NCBI GenBank assembly: GCA_038496445.1
Contig: JALMLS010000321.1
Location: 62,001-126,000 of the forward strand
DNA: 64,000 bases
Direction: 5' to 3'
Source of the DNA: Trichosphaerium sp. ATCC 40318
Taxonomy: Eukaryota > Protista > Tubulinea
Positions within the stretch are counted from its first letter, which is position 1, and every line of letters begins with the position of its first letter. This document shows, one piece after another, positions 1 to 12,800 of the stretch. The notes beneath the pieces are model-generated. The model was given only the letters and a program-made list of their open reading frames with translations. It was not told the DNA's origin and did no database searches. Position numbers and translations under genes: made by a program.

Positions 1-951
1 ATTATACGTTGCCTTTGATTTACTGGTCTTCTTAGATGCCAGTTGGGCTCAAATACTTTATTATTAGATCTGTCATCTTGAATAAAATCAATACTGTATA
101 CAAACAGAAAGACAGAGTCCAACAACAAAACAGTTTGTGTTGAACTAAAAATTTCGAACTGAAAATAACAAAGTTTGACTTATTCGTCAACAAGTTGCTT
201 GCAACAAATATAAATAGTATTCTAAGAACACGTATTGATTACGAGTGGGCTCTTTTGGTTTTAGTTCACGCAATTGAAAAGATGGAAGGGACTTTGTTAA
301 CTAATCCGAAAAAAACAAACAAAACTTCAAATGTAAAAAAGAGATTTTAACGTTTCCTCGTACCCAATATTGTTAACCTCTTGTTAAATGCACTAAGTAA
401 TGTGTCATTCCTGACAGCATATAATGCAGTGATTTTCCAAGACCTCGGCGTAGTAGCATTAAAGTAGTCGGCCACAAAATTATAAGCAAGTGGAAAATTT
501 GTTGAATTAATCCCGTCTTTTATCAACCGATGTTTAGAGTTGCTAGTCCACTCAGCCGATAGTAACTTATCCGAAAACTGCCACGTATTCTCGCTAGAAC
601 CCATACCGCGTTCTAGTTTATATAAATTAACAATCACGTGGAGAGGATACCAAGTAATCGCTTTGCAAAGGAAAAAAGAGTAAAACAAGAATGTGGCGTT
701 GACGTACTGACAATTGAAGAAATAGCCAAGTGACTTGGCAAACTACTTATGTAAGCACCTTGCTGTCCTCTTAGCAATGTTATATCAGTTTCTTGCTTTT
801 GTATCTTATCAAGAAGACCCTTAATCGTTTCTTTTTGCTCTAGAACCTCAACCTTTAATATTGCTACTTCTTTGTTAAGCTCCTCATTCACTTGATCTTG
901 CTTAGCCTTATCGGCAGCATAAGTATTCATAAACTTGTTCAAAGCATCCAT
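1..951 (-). CDS. Coiled-coil protein with possible PARP/ADP-ribosyltransferase-like domain (runs off the left edge)
   Basis: Spliced ORF MDALNKF...(coiled coil)...YNFVADYFNATT..WKITALYAVRNDTLLSAFNKR resembles the start of PARP-like catalytic domains. The catalytic motifs are not within the window. Confidence 0.4.
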
Positions 952-1660
952 TATTGCAGTATTGCTATTTGACCCACGTTCCTTCAATTTTCATTAATCA
1001 CGTGATAAGAACCGTCAACAACTTTTTTTTTGAGACAAAAAAAAATACAAAGAACAAGTGCGTACTTTATTTTGTTTTGTTTTTGGTTTTGACGCGTTAG
1101 ATCCGCCCCTCGTGTTCTAAGAGATGTATTCAGTAAATAAATCGTTTAAAAACCGAACAAACTAGACGTACAGTTGCCGAATTACCGCGTCGGCGTGGAG
1201 ATTGTTTTTTAACGTTTGCGGTAATCTGAGATAAACTTTTGCCTGATTTTAACTCATTTTTACACCAATCAATCTCTTCAGCTGTTGGATTATTAATACC
1301 CTTACAAAATACGAATTATTTTCATATTTACGTCAAAACACAGAAAGATTCGAGTTTTTGACGTTTATTCTTCATTAAAAATAGTCTGTACCATTTGTTG
1401 TAGCATCTGTGCTACTGTTGATCTATCTCTAGACATTGCCGAAGTATTTTTTACCTGGCTAATGGCAAAATTCTAATGTCTAAGTTTATAAACTTGATCA
1501 TTCAATGAAACTGGGTTCCTCAACTAAAACCAATTTGCTTTGTTCTTGCCATTGTATAGCTTTTTTCCTCATTTTAAACATACTCCAAAGTGCGTACACT
1601 AATATCCTATTGACTCCCTGTAGCTGTCCCAATGTGCCCTTCCTCTGAGATAACACAGTT

Positions 1661-3353
1661 TTAGAGTGCTCGCGGGCTTTGCATTGCTCTATATGTGTTC
1701 TTATCTACTGTAGAGTATGGACTAACTGGTACCATCATAGGGTGCCATACTTTACCTTCGGGAAATGGTTATGACTGTAAGTAAATGAGCGCTTGTACCT
1801 GTGCGTTCACGAAAGTTCATAGATTCTAGTTTGTTTTCTTGCGGAAAATCTATTGGTAGGTTTGGCTCATGGTATTTTAAAGTACACCCTAAGCTATGCA
1901 AGTCACCCTTCCACCTTTTTAAATGATAAGTAATAGAAAGTAAGCACAAAAGGCATACCAGAATGGTATAGCGACCAAACAAACACCTACAAAAAATTAG
2001 AACTTATGTTAGAACTTATTTAAGATTCAGTAGGCACAAATCTTATTTTATCACGTGCCGTTGTCACTACATTTTTGAGCTTTTTCAATATCTCTCATTT
2101 TTCTTGTGTCAAGATTAGAGCGATGCGGAATAGCATCAAAGTAGTGTTGTTCACCTAATCGATCTTTAACTTGGTGTTTTGGTAACAATATGCTTTTGTA
2201 CCTTGATACTCAATCGCCAAGTTGTAGTCTACTACGAATATATCAACTACCAAACTCCTTCCTGATGAGTCTCTTGAACCTATAGAGAGTTCTTGGACGA
2301 TCGTGGAACCAGGAATTAATGTTTTAACGCTCTGAAAGAGCAACCTTACCTTGTTATTGTCGTTTGATAATAGTAGAAATAAATGTACCTTTGTTGAGCA
2401 TTTTTTGCTATCGCTGTAAACTTTGTCCACTCCCAACTTGTATTTGGTTCTAATGTTGCTAGAGCAGATGGAAAATATTTAAGTACGCCTACACCACCCA
2501 ATCCAATGATCTGGCGTGATGATATAGCGTACCAACCATTTGGTGTGTCTAAAACAAACATTACAAAAATGACAAATTGTAGCAATACAACATACTTATG
2601 CCAAGTGTCATTGCAGCACGCTTAAGAAACTTTCTTTGGTTGCTTTTATCAGACCAATACCCAGAAGGAACTGTTACTCTTGTATTAAAGCGCCAATCAT
2701 GCGTTGGGTATGTGTCCTTTAAAGCAGCTGCCATTGATCCATTGTACCTGCAATAACACTAAGTTATCTCACAAAACATACAAAATTTGTACTTTCTAAG
2801 GAGATTGTGACCTCCTTGCTTGTGCAATTGTACTGTTTTTACTTCATGCCAACCATCAAGATCCTTGACATTTAGACGCCTGGCAATCGTATTTAGAATT
2901 AGTCTCTCATGTGCAAAGTCACGTTGTAGGTCAGAACTGTAAAACCGTTAACTTTTGTTAACAATGAGAAAAAACAATTACCTAAATTTCCATTGGTGCC
3001 AGTTGTACTGAGGGTAAATTGCCTGAAAACACGAATACATATTCCCCTTGTATAATCTACGCGAGCGCTATTAAAAAAAAGCAATTCGTTGCGTTTTGAC
3101 GTTAAGCTTTCTTTTTTTTGTTGTAAAATGCGTGCTTACGCTTTTAGAATATCTTTTCCACCATTGTTGTAAATATCTTTCTTTGTTGCTCTGTACCAAG
3201 CATCTGTAGTACATATACGAAGTTTTGGCGCTACGACAGTATCGAAAAAATGTCGTTGGTTGCTTATAACACCTTTCTTGCAATTTAGCCGTTTGTTAAC
3301 AAATACCAATGAATACGGGTACCTTGAGGTGCTAAAATGCGTAGTTTATGCAT
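1661..3353 (-). CDS. Trp-rich ~70-aa tandem repeat protein with C-terminal PD-(D/E)XK-like (DUF559/Vsr-like) nuclease domain
   Basis: Multi-exon. About 3 repeats of W..NQR.F...A..L.I.....WY......I...GG..L..Y....L...YP...W, then LVVDIFVVDYNLAIEYQG|EQHY...RDIEKAQKC..NG|VCLVAIPFW. 5' end uncertain. Confidence 0.7.
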
Positions 3354-3502
3354 TGCGAGTTGAACAGGACGCTACAACGACAGAATAAGCAGATACTGAA
3401 AGTCATGCGAAGTCTCTGAAAAGCACATTGTTGTAAAAACGCAGTGGTGTGATGGCCTAACGTAAAACATACGAAACGGGATTAAAAATTAGTAAATACA
3501 AA

Positions 3503-6500
3503 ATGGACAACTTGAGATTTGGGTTAGAATGCGTTGATAAGGTTCTAAACGAACCAGAACTTCTAAAAGAAGACTCAGAAGAGCTTGCTGAAGAAATAAA
3601 GAAAACTCTGAAGGGTCTGTACGATTTCGGTACGTACACGCACTACTACGCCTATTTCGATGCTTTCCAGTGCGACATATTAAATAATATTATTATAGCC
3701 AAACAAAGCGAGACAACATTCACAGGATCGCTCGGAGAGCTCGATGAGCTATTCGTAGACGGGTTAGAAATTGATCAAGTTTGGGAAGAACTGCAATTGC
3801 GTAACGCTCCTCTTGACGACTTTTTAAAGACACAAATCGGTTCCTTGAAGAAAAAAGCTGATTTAAACATGATTAACTTCTTTGCTGATGTTGACATGAG
3901 CAAATTCATGGGCGTTGACGCTGAAGCAATCGCAGACGTACGTTCTTTTTATGATATCAATAGAAATCAGCCTAAGAGCGTTTTAAAACAAATTGTCTTC
4001 AATTGAAGTTTTTTTATTTTATTTTCGATTTGTTTTGTTGTCACGTGATTGAAGCCTTGTGGGCTTTGATGTTATATGTTCTAATATTTTTTAAATAGCT
4101 TGTCGATGGATCTGAATCTAGTGGAGAATCTGAAGAGAGCGATGAGTCTGATGAGGATAAAGAAACTTCAAGAAAACGTGTCAGCTTTGCTGAGCGTGTT
4201 AAGCAACGAATAATCCCAAACCGTTATGGTGATGGCGAAGGAGGTGAAGAAGACAGAGTAGGCAGACTAAATCGTGAGCGAGAGGATAAAATTTCAGATG
4301 GCCAGGAAGACGAAACTGAGGTTTGCTTTTTTTTTCAACAATTTGAAATTGGAAAAAAAATTTTGACACATTTCTGCCTTTCTTGACACATATTTTTTTC
4401 CGTCGATTTTTCGTCACTCAAATGGCTTAATTTTTTACTCTTCTCATAGGAAGACATTGTTGAATTGTATGAAAATATGGAAGACTTTTTGGACTATCAA
4501 GCCCGAAGAGACAAAGGAGAGCTTGAGTCCGATGATGAAGATTGGGAAGAACAAGAAGAAGCTGATTTACTTATGTATGGTGATTCCAACATCAAGACAT
4601 TTGACAAATTTGAAGGAGGTAAATACTACGAACATAATCTTACAATTTTTTGAAAAAAAATCTGTTCTTTTTTCTTTTTTTTTTCTTTCAATTTATACGC
4701 GCACTACTCGCTTAGTCGGCTTTCTCATAAATTGTGCAGATATGGATGCTGAAGATAAAGAACTTGAGAAAGTATTCCAAGAGACATGGGCTTCATTAAA
4801 AAACACAGAGCTTAGCTCTGATGACGAAGATGAAGATGAAGACGCTCCTATCTACTATGAAGATTTTTTTGATCCAATTGGAGAGCCTAAACAGCCTCGT
4901 GATGATATGGACGTTGATGATATGGGTGATATGACTGATATAAGGGAGGAGCGCCGTAAAGAGCGCGGAAATGTAGATTTAGAAGCCGAAGAGGCTGGTC
5001 TCCCAGAGTTCGGTTCTATGAATGGTAGAGATGCATTGATTGCTGATTTATCTGGTGCTGTCGATGATGACCTTGATGAAGATGAGTTAGAATTGGAGGA
5101 GGATGAATTACCACCAATGTCAGCTTATGAGATAAAACAAGCAGAAATGCAAAGGAAAATAGGTAAGCGGATCTCAAACAATTGTTTCAAAGATCTTCCC
5201 TTTGGTTGGGTTGGTGAGACGTTTTTCTTATTTTTTTCTTTAAGAGGAGCTTGAAGAAGCAAGAGAGATACAAAGAGAAAAGGATTTACAACATGAAGAT
5301 GATGATAGATTCATAGAATCCGGATATGAAGCTAAAAAACGAAGGTTGCGTATGCAAATCGCTGAGCTTGAAGATGAGATTGTAGCAGAGAAGCCTTGGC
5401 AACTTACGGTACGTATACTTATAATTAAACCATTCTCACATCTGTTAGGGTGAAGTGCAATCCAGAGAGCGCCCAAGAGACTCTCTTCTAGAAGAGCCTC
5501 TTGAATTTTCAACAGCTGGAAAGCCTGTACCTTCAATTACTCCAGAGTTTACTGAAAACCTTGAAAGTATTATCAAAGAGCGTATTAGAGATAACGCTTG
5601 GGATGATGTTATACGAAAGGATGTAAGTGTACCCCAGCGTTACTCGTTTAATGCATTTGCTTATTCTGCGGTTATTTAGCCTGCACAACTTGATAGAAGA
5701 CAGGACGCTATAGCTCTTGATCACCAAAAGTCAAAGAAAGGTCTTGCTGAGGTTTACGAAGACGAGTTTATGAAGAAGAAAACAGGTACATAAAAGAGAC
5801 AATCATTGCTTTTCTTGTAGCGGCTTTCAGCTTTTGGACTCCAAAAACACAAATTACTAAGATTGTTGGTATTCCATGTACTCGAAACTAATACCTTTGG
5901 TAGGACAGGATTTGATGCAACGTGAGCACGAAGACGAAGTTATAGAAAAGCAAAATAAGGCCGTAAAGTGCGTAGTCTACTTGCAAATTGTCAATTTTCT
6001 ATACTTTCTTACATTAAACCTAGAATGCTCAAGAGTTTGTTTGCTCGGTTTGATGCTTTGGCTCAACTATCTTTTGCACCTGTACGTTCAAAAAAATCAT
6101 ATTTTCTTTTTACCCTTTTTTTTTTGTCGTTGAAACTCACTGTGTACGTAGATTAAAGTCAAAGACGATGAAACACAAGTTAAAAACAGAGATGCAATGG
6201 AAGTTGAAGAAATTCTTCCTGTGGCAGAATCAGAAGGAGCACGTCTTGCACCTGAGGTAAATACTTGAGTAGTTGTAATAAGAAGAAAACTAACAAAACG
6301 CTTTTAGGAAGTATTCTCAAGAAACAAAACAACTTTGTCCCAAATGGGCAAATCCGAGCGAACACGCGAGGATAATTCAGCTAAACGCAAGAGAGACAAA
6401 GCGCGGGTACATACAGTTGTTATTAAACAATACAGAGCATTAAATGTTATATTAAGGCGAAAATCAAAAACAAAGGATTCAAGGAAAGACAAGCAAAGAA

Positions 6501-6808
6501 AGCAAGATTGGACCCCAACTCACGGGCTGCGTTACAACAAGCTCACGACCAAATCAAGGGACAAGATGTACGTCTTTTTTCTACAAGTGATTATTGTTCG
6601 TTGTTTTTTGTCTTAATTGTACTTCTAGATGGCTGAGTTTGTTAAAAACACTGAGTATACACAATATAATAGAAGCTCTGCTATTCATGATCAACTACAA
6701 GCAGATGTACGTAAAGATATTGATAAATTCAAAGAGGAGCGTGGTCTCTCAAACCCAGATGCACCTAAAAAGCGTAAAAAAGGAAAATCAACGCAGTACA
6801 AGCTGTAA
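3503..6808 (+). CDS. MPP10: U3 snoRNP protein Mpp10
   Basis: LFVDGLEIDQVWEELQLRN, acidic middle with IYYEDFFDP, EKPWQLT|GEVQSRERPRDSLLEE, IIKERIRDNAWDDV, KSKKGLAEVYE, MEVEEILPV, ends STQYKL*; GT-AG introns. Confidence 0.95.
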
Positions 6809-7209
6809 AAAAATAAATTGTAAATTCAAGATACTACAGATAGTACAGCTAAGAGCCACTTGGTGCGACAACCAATTAAAGTATCCTTACCTAAAAAGGG
6901 AATAAAGAAAACTCACAGGGTTTTCGGCTTTTTGCCTGGCTTACAACGCCTGAAACGCATACAAATTATGGCGAAAGGCAAATCCTTTCAACTTTAAAGG
7001 GATGCACTGTTAAATGGATGCGGACATAGTTTTGAGGTACGACGCAATGTCAACGCATTGTAAGTCAGAAAAGGCTTGGGACAAGTGCATGTTGCAGGGA
7101 GTAGATAAAAAAGACATCTGCTTAATTCAAATAACGGACGTAACTTAAATCGTTGAAGTTTCAACAGCTTTCCCGCCAAGTTATTAAATTTACTCTAACT
7201 AAAACTAAA

Positions 7210-7965
7210 ATGCCACGAAAAGGACCAAAACGCAAAGATATCAATAACATAACACCTGGTATCTCCAAGGAACAATTAGAACAATTTTATGTAGCCACAC
7301 TGCGTGAGTACTGTAGAAACAACAACATTGCTTCTACTGGCACAATGAATGCTTTGGCGACTCGCATTATGGCGTTTCACTCAAGTACGAGGAATCAATT
7401 TATCCACACCAATCTAAAGTCGTTGTAGGTGGTGCAGAAGATGCTGAGAATGTAAATCCACAACTGCAAGCCCGATCTCCACTGCGTAAACAAACGCGCA
7501 AAAAACCAAAATTCAAACAATGCTTTTCAATCTTCGACAGCACCATGCCATGCACGTTTAAAAAGTGTAGTAATATTATAACTGACATTTCTAAGCTGAA
7601 CAAGTCACCTTGGACACAGAACAATTGACACGGGACCAATTGATCCAACAAGTACGTTATAAACGTGCTATCCTCTGTTGTACCAATTTAACGTACTTTA
7701 GCTTCACACATTTAGGCTCTCCACAGAAGGAACAAGACGTGAATGTCAACATCGTCTGGACGCTTACTTAGAAAAGGTCAGTACACGAAACCGCGTCACG
7801 TTACGCGTGCACGTAAACGGTTTTCGTTTTTTACACTTATTGTTCTAACTACTTGTACAGCAACAAGGTATTGACACCACAACAAGGTCGTACCAAAACC
7901 AAGTGCTAAAACCGAAGCCAAAGTTCTTAGAGAGGAAAAATCGCAAACTACGTGCAATGCGATAA
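7210..7965 (+). CDS. Small basic protein with two SAP-like DNA-binding motifs
   Basis: Four exons: LEQFYVATLREYCRNNNIASTGTMNALATRI and TEQLTRDQLIQQ|LHTFRLSTEGTRRECQHRL; one intron is GC-AG (7552-7595). Confidence 0.65.
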
Positions 7966-8241
7966 ACTCCAAGAAACCACATTATATTGTACAAAAGCAA
8001 GCAACAAGTTGTTAATAAACTATTACGAAAGTAATTTTCTGAACATTGCCAACTATACTTGGCACGAGCGACTTCTTGATATTCAAAGTTGCAAAAAGGT
8101 ACTATGCAAAAAAAACTAATTCTGCGTTTGCAAAAAAAGATGAGAATAAAAAACCTTGTGAGTAAAAGAACAAACATTGAGTGACAGCTGTGGATGTTCT
8201 GTTTTGGAACAGGCGGTGTCGTAATTTGTCACCATCACCTC

Positions 8242-8314
8242 CTCACCATAGCTCAGTTGGTAGAGCGGGAGACTGTAGATCTCTAGGTCACTGGTTCAAA
8301 TCCGGTTGGTGAGA
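8242..8314 (+). tRNA. tRNA-Tyr(GTA), intronless
   Basis: Full cloverleaf: acceptor CTCACCA/TGGTGAG, A box TAGCTCAGTTGG, anticodon arm GGAGA-CTGTAGA-TCTCT, B box GGTTCAAATCC, followed by a T-run Pol III terminator. Confidence 0.93.
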
Positions 8315-8497
8315 AGTATCTTTTTGCGCTTTTGTGGTCCATGGTGCATCTCTACACTTCATTTTGCATACTCACGCTGTGCATGCGTATTTTGTCCTTT
8401 AGAAAAAAGTACAAGTTTGTCTCTAGGCCCGTTTTTGGCCGAGATAAATGCTTGTCAAAAAAAAAACTTCAATGAATTTTCGTAAACAACGTGATGC

Positions 8498-8561
8498 TGA
8501 ACCAGTGACCTAGAGATCTACAGTCTCCCGCTCTACCAACTGAGCTATGGTGAGGAGGTGA
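8498..8561 (-). pseudogene. Inverted 5' fragment of tRNA-Tyr truncated in the T-loop
   Basis: Exact reverse complement of about 8235-8298; ends at GGTTCA. Confidence 0.9.
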
Positions 8562-8599
8562 GCGGGTTGCTTTTTAACCGATTAAAATGTAACAGCTCA

Positions 8600-8640
8600 C
8601 TGTAGATCGACAGTCTTCAGCTCTACCAAATGCGCTTGTG
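8600..8640 (-). pseudogene. Degenerate tRNA-Tyr-like fragment (D arm and anticodon arm)
   Basis: Reverse complement CACAAGCGCATTTGGTAGAGCTGAAGACTGTCGATCTACAG aligns to the tRNA with several substitutions. Confidence 0.6.
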
Positions 8641-9038
8641 ACATGTATGACTGAACACCACTATAAATTTTACTCCATTTTTAGTACGCTATACGCTCAA
8701 ATTAGATGGTATCACAGAGCTCACTAACTTCGCTAACAGTAATACCAAAAGCTGTAACAAAACAAACTGCCACGCTATTAATATTAAACCAATGTAGACT
8801 GCCAAAAGTGTAAAAACATGTTGCTTAGTGCAGTTTAGGGCAGTTTAGCGCAACTTTACAGAGGAGTAATCTGGGTGTGCGTTTTACTCACTAGTTCATC
8901 TAAAGTTGTCGCTCATTGAACACTCTAAGCGGTACCAGTGACAGCACACCGTCTAAAAAGAAAAAAAAGTCAACACGGTTTTCTGAGAGAAAAAAAAGTA
9001 TTCTAAAAATATAGTTTTACATCAACAACAAATCCATT

Positions 9039-9726
9039 ATGAGCCAATTGCAAGTCGGAGACGATATCCTAGAAGCATACAACAAAGTTCGCTCTGACGA
9101 CGACCAAACCTCATGGTATGTAGAGCGGGTAGCTCCAAACCACTACTTTCGCACTAAGATGCGCTTGCGGACGCCTATACTGACGTTCTAACAGGGCTGT
9201 ATTCAAATACGGTGAGGCCAAAACTGATCCACTTGTGGTAGCCGCAACTGGCGAAGGAGACATCGATGAAATGAAAGGAAACCTCGCTGAGGACGAGAGA
9301 GCATACTGCTTCCTTCGCGTCACCTCTGGCGACGATCTGTCTGCAAGACCAAAGTTCGTCTTCATCTCTTGGGTAGGTGAGCGTGTATCACCTCTCAAGA
9401 AGGCTAGCGTGTCCACCGACAAAGCTTTCGTCAAAGAAATTTGCGAGGTACGTTTCTAAGCTAAAATACTCTCTTATGCGTGGAAAACACGATTTACGCT
9501 TACAAACTGGTTTCTACGAACTTTTCGGTCGGTCTTTAGCGTGATCTTACTCCTATGTTTAGAATTTCGCCGTTGAGCTCCATGCTACCTCTGATGATGA
9601 TATCTCCTCTGAGGAAATCATGGGTAGAGTCAGAAAGGCTGGTGGCGCTGACTACGGTACGCTTTTTACTACGTTACTTATCGCGTTACTAACCCTATTG
9701 TAGGTTCCGGCAGTGCCAGAACTTAG
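9039..9726 (+). CDS. COTL1: Coactosin (ADF-H domain actin-binding protein)
   Basis: Four exons: AYNKVRSDDDQTSW|AVFKY...GDDLSARPKFVFISWVGERVSPLKKA...RKAGGADY|GSG. Confidence 0.92.
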
Positions 9727-9893
9727 ATTTCTTGAAATCGCCCTCAAGACGTTATTTTGACTGTAAATGTAATAAGTACACCCAAAATAAACCTGTGATA
9801 ATAATTTATACGCTGGGCGTTGTTTTGTTTCTTTTTTTTGTGAACGGAAAAAAAGGTAACACTGTTGTCGCTATCACAATTGTCTTTATTCAT

Positions 9894-12800
9894 TCAATTG
9901 CCGTTTTGTGGCGAATTGCCTTGCTTGGGATCGTTCACAATGATTTTGCTTTGCATTCTGTTTTTGGTTTTGGAGTTCTTTCTGTATCGACCAATTTTTA
10001 GATTGTTGTGGAGGTTGTATACTTTGAATGTTAGGGATGCGCTTGATTTTTTACGTGCGATATCGTCTTCAACAATAAGAACACTTTTTTCCGTTTTGAT
10101 TTGGCTTGAAATAATGGTGCTTTGAATCTTTTCGCACAACTTGTCAACGAACTCTGATAAATATGTTAATAGTTGTAGTGATGACAGTACGCGCCTTTAG
10201 ATGTAAGATCAAGTGCCGAGTAGATTTGCTTGCTATGACTGGATGATACTTGCTCTGGATCGAGCTCTATCACCAAACCATATCCCTTTTGTACGCATGA
10301 GAAAAAAAGTTCAATGACAAAAAAACAAATAAGTACCTTGTTCTTTTTGTGAGATAAAAAATTGCCTTTTGTAATTTGCAATACATCCTTATGAGAATAC
10401 TTTCTGAAGTGATCGATTTTTTTCTTTTCAAAGTCATACTTCATTCTAAAGAAACCCTAACCAACAAAAACATATCAGAATAAACATCAAAATTTTTTTG
10501 TTGCATCGCACCTTATCAGTGAGTACTAAAATCCGTTCTTGTTCCAAGTTCTGTCTGTTTACAAAAACAACAATCCAAGCCCCTTCGATAGTTTCATCCT
10601 CTTCCAACTCTTCACTTGTCTCAAGATGTTGTGTGCATTCCTCCAAAGCATGCATTTGTTCATCAGTCTAAAACAAAAATTATGAGACATCTCAAATGAT
10701 CTACACTTCTCGTCTCTTTTTCTTACCCATAGAACATCCATATCAAGCTCATCATCAAGCTTATAGTTACCAAGGAGTAAATCAATAGCGATCTTCAAAA
10801 AAGGTAAGGAACGAAGAAGACTGGTCAAAGGAATTGTTTTATATTACCTGTTTTAACCTATCACGGAAGTTGTTTATGTAATACCTTGATAGGCTATTAA
10901 CACCATCCATCATTACTCCTCTAGTTTGACGTTTTCCAGTGCGTGTAACATCACCCTTCAAAGCTGAAGTACCAGCATACTGTAAAGAGATCATATCTCC
11001 ATTATTAGCCCAAGCTAAAAGACGTCTATTAACAAAATTGTTTATGATAATGAAGTGTCTGGTTACCTTCTTTGAACATTCTTTCTAAGACTGGTTCCTC
11101 TTTCTCAAGAGAGAACCCTAGCCTCTTCAGTTGTGCCAGTAAACTAGCATGGGCGAAGATACTCTATAAAGGAATTAAGCCACAAAACAAAAATAGAGAG
11201 CGCTTTCTGGCTTAACCAAGCAATCTACATTTGTTTTAAACTTACCTGCACGAGATTTGTTCTGTCTAAGCAATCTAAACAATTTGTACGAATCACACCC
11301 GTTTGTTGACCCATAGTTTTACCGGAATCAACAACTGTATACCTAAGCACAAGGATTAGTATTAAAGTAATAAAAAAAAAAGAAAAAAAAAAAGAATGTA
11401 CATCAGTGCGTTGATTGCAGGGTTCATTTTATCCAATAGTTTCTTTACACTACTGAACATAGAAGATCCTCTTGTTTCAGCATGGAAATCGAATTCTACA
11501 AATCTACAGAAACATTAAAAAACGTTGTATTTGCTCACGTTTATTTTCAACTTCAAAAATCAAGAAAAGTGCTTTTGTGTTGTTATGGTACCTAACATCT
11601 CGTCCACTGTGTTTTTCAGCCTTCTCACGATCTTCAAAAAGCGTATGAGAGTGTTCTCTATAAGCCATAGCCAAAGGCGCTTCAACCCCATGGAGATCAA
11701 GTAATGTTACAATTATTTGTTTTTTATAGTACTTTAGTTGTTCATCAAAGTGCGTTGTAAACAGTCTATGCTACAAAAAAGTAAGATCCCTCTAAATAGA
11801 GTATCAAAACCAAAAACGAACATTAAGATCTTCATCTGGATCCAAGGTTGGCGTAGGCTTGTACTTGTATCCTAATAAATCAATCAGGGCGCTGTTGAAG
11901 TAACAATCGGATTTCCGAAAAATAGGTTGACTCGTTGAGCAATTAAATAAAGGAGTATACCTGATTGTGTCCATAGTAGTGGTACTGAACCACGTGTTTC
12001 TACATATGACATCCATATGTCATCCATCACTACAACCTATATAATAATAGCTAAGTGACATGAAGAATAATAAATAAAATTGATTGTTCATAACAAACCT
12101 GCTCCGTTTCTACAAAATTTGCCACGTGACCGCTTGCATCGACACCACGTGTAAAATAACGTGTTCCTACAATCCATTAATACATAGTGTCACAGATAGT
12201 GTATTTTTGAACCTGCACGATATCGACTAAACAAATGGTATTAGGATCGTAAAAAAGTTGTTGCAATAATACAAAAAAAATTTAGTTACCTGCGTCTGGA
12301 TATTAAAGCAAATTCAAAACTTTTTCCTTGAACCAAGCACGTGAATAATTGGATAGCTTAAGAGATGGAAAAAAGTGAGATATTGATACGTCACGTGATT
12401 ATTTTAACGTACAACCCCTTTGAACATAAAAATTAGTAAAAAAAAATACACGACCTTAAACAATGCTTTCAAAGTGATCGTACCGTATAACTGGTAGTAT
12501 CCATTCAGTAGCATTGTGTTGTATCAACGGATCCTGTAGTAGTAAAAAATAAATACAGTCACTTGACTACCATGATTATAGCTTACCTGAATGACTCTAT
12601 TCCAGAAAAATCTGTCATGTGCCTAGACCAACATTTTCAGCAATTTCATTGAATGTAAAATGTTTTTTTAATTTAATTTGACACATGTCTACATCATTGT
12701 TGTTTGTGTATGTAAAAGTTACGTACAATATTAAATAATGTTTGTGGTGATGTACTATGTAGATTTTGTCTACGTTCAAGCGTATTTGTAAGATCACACC

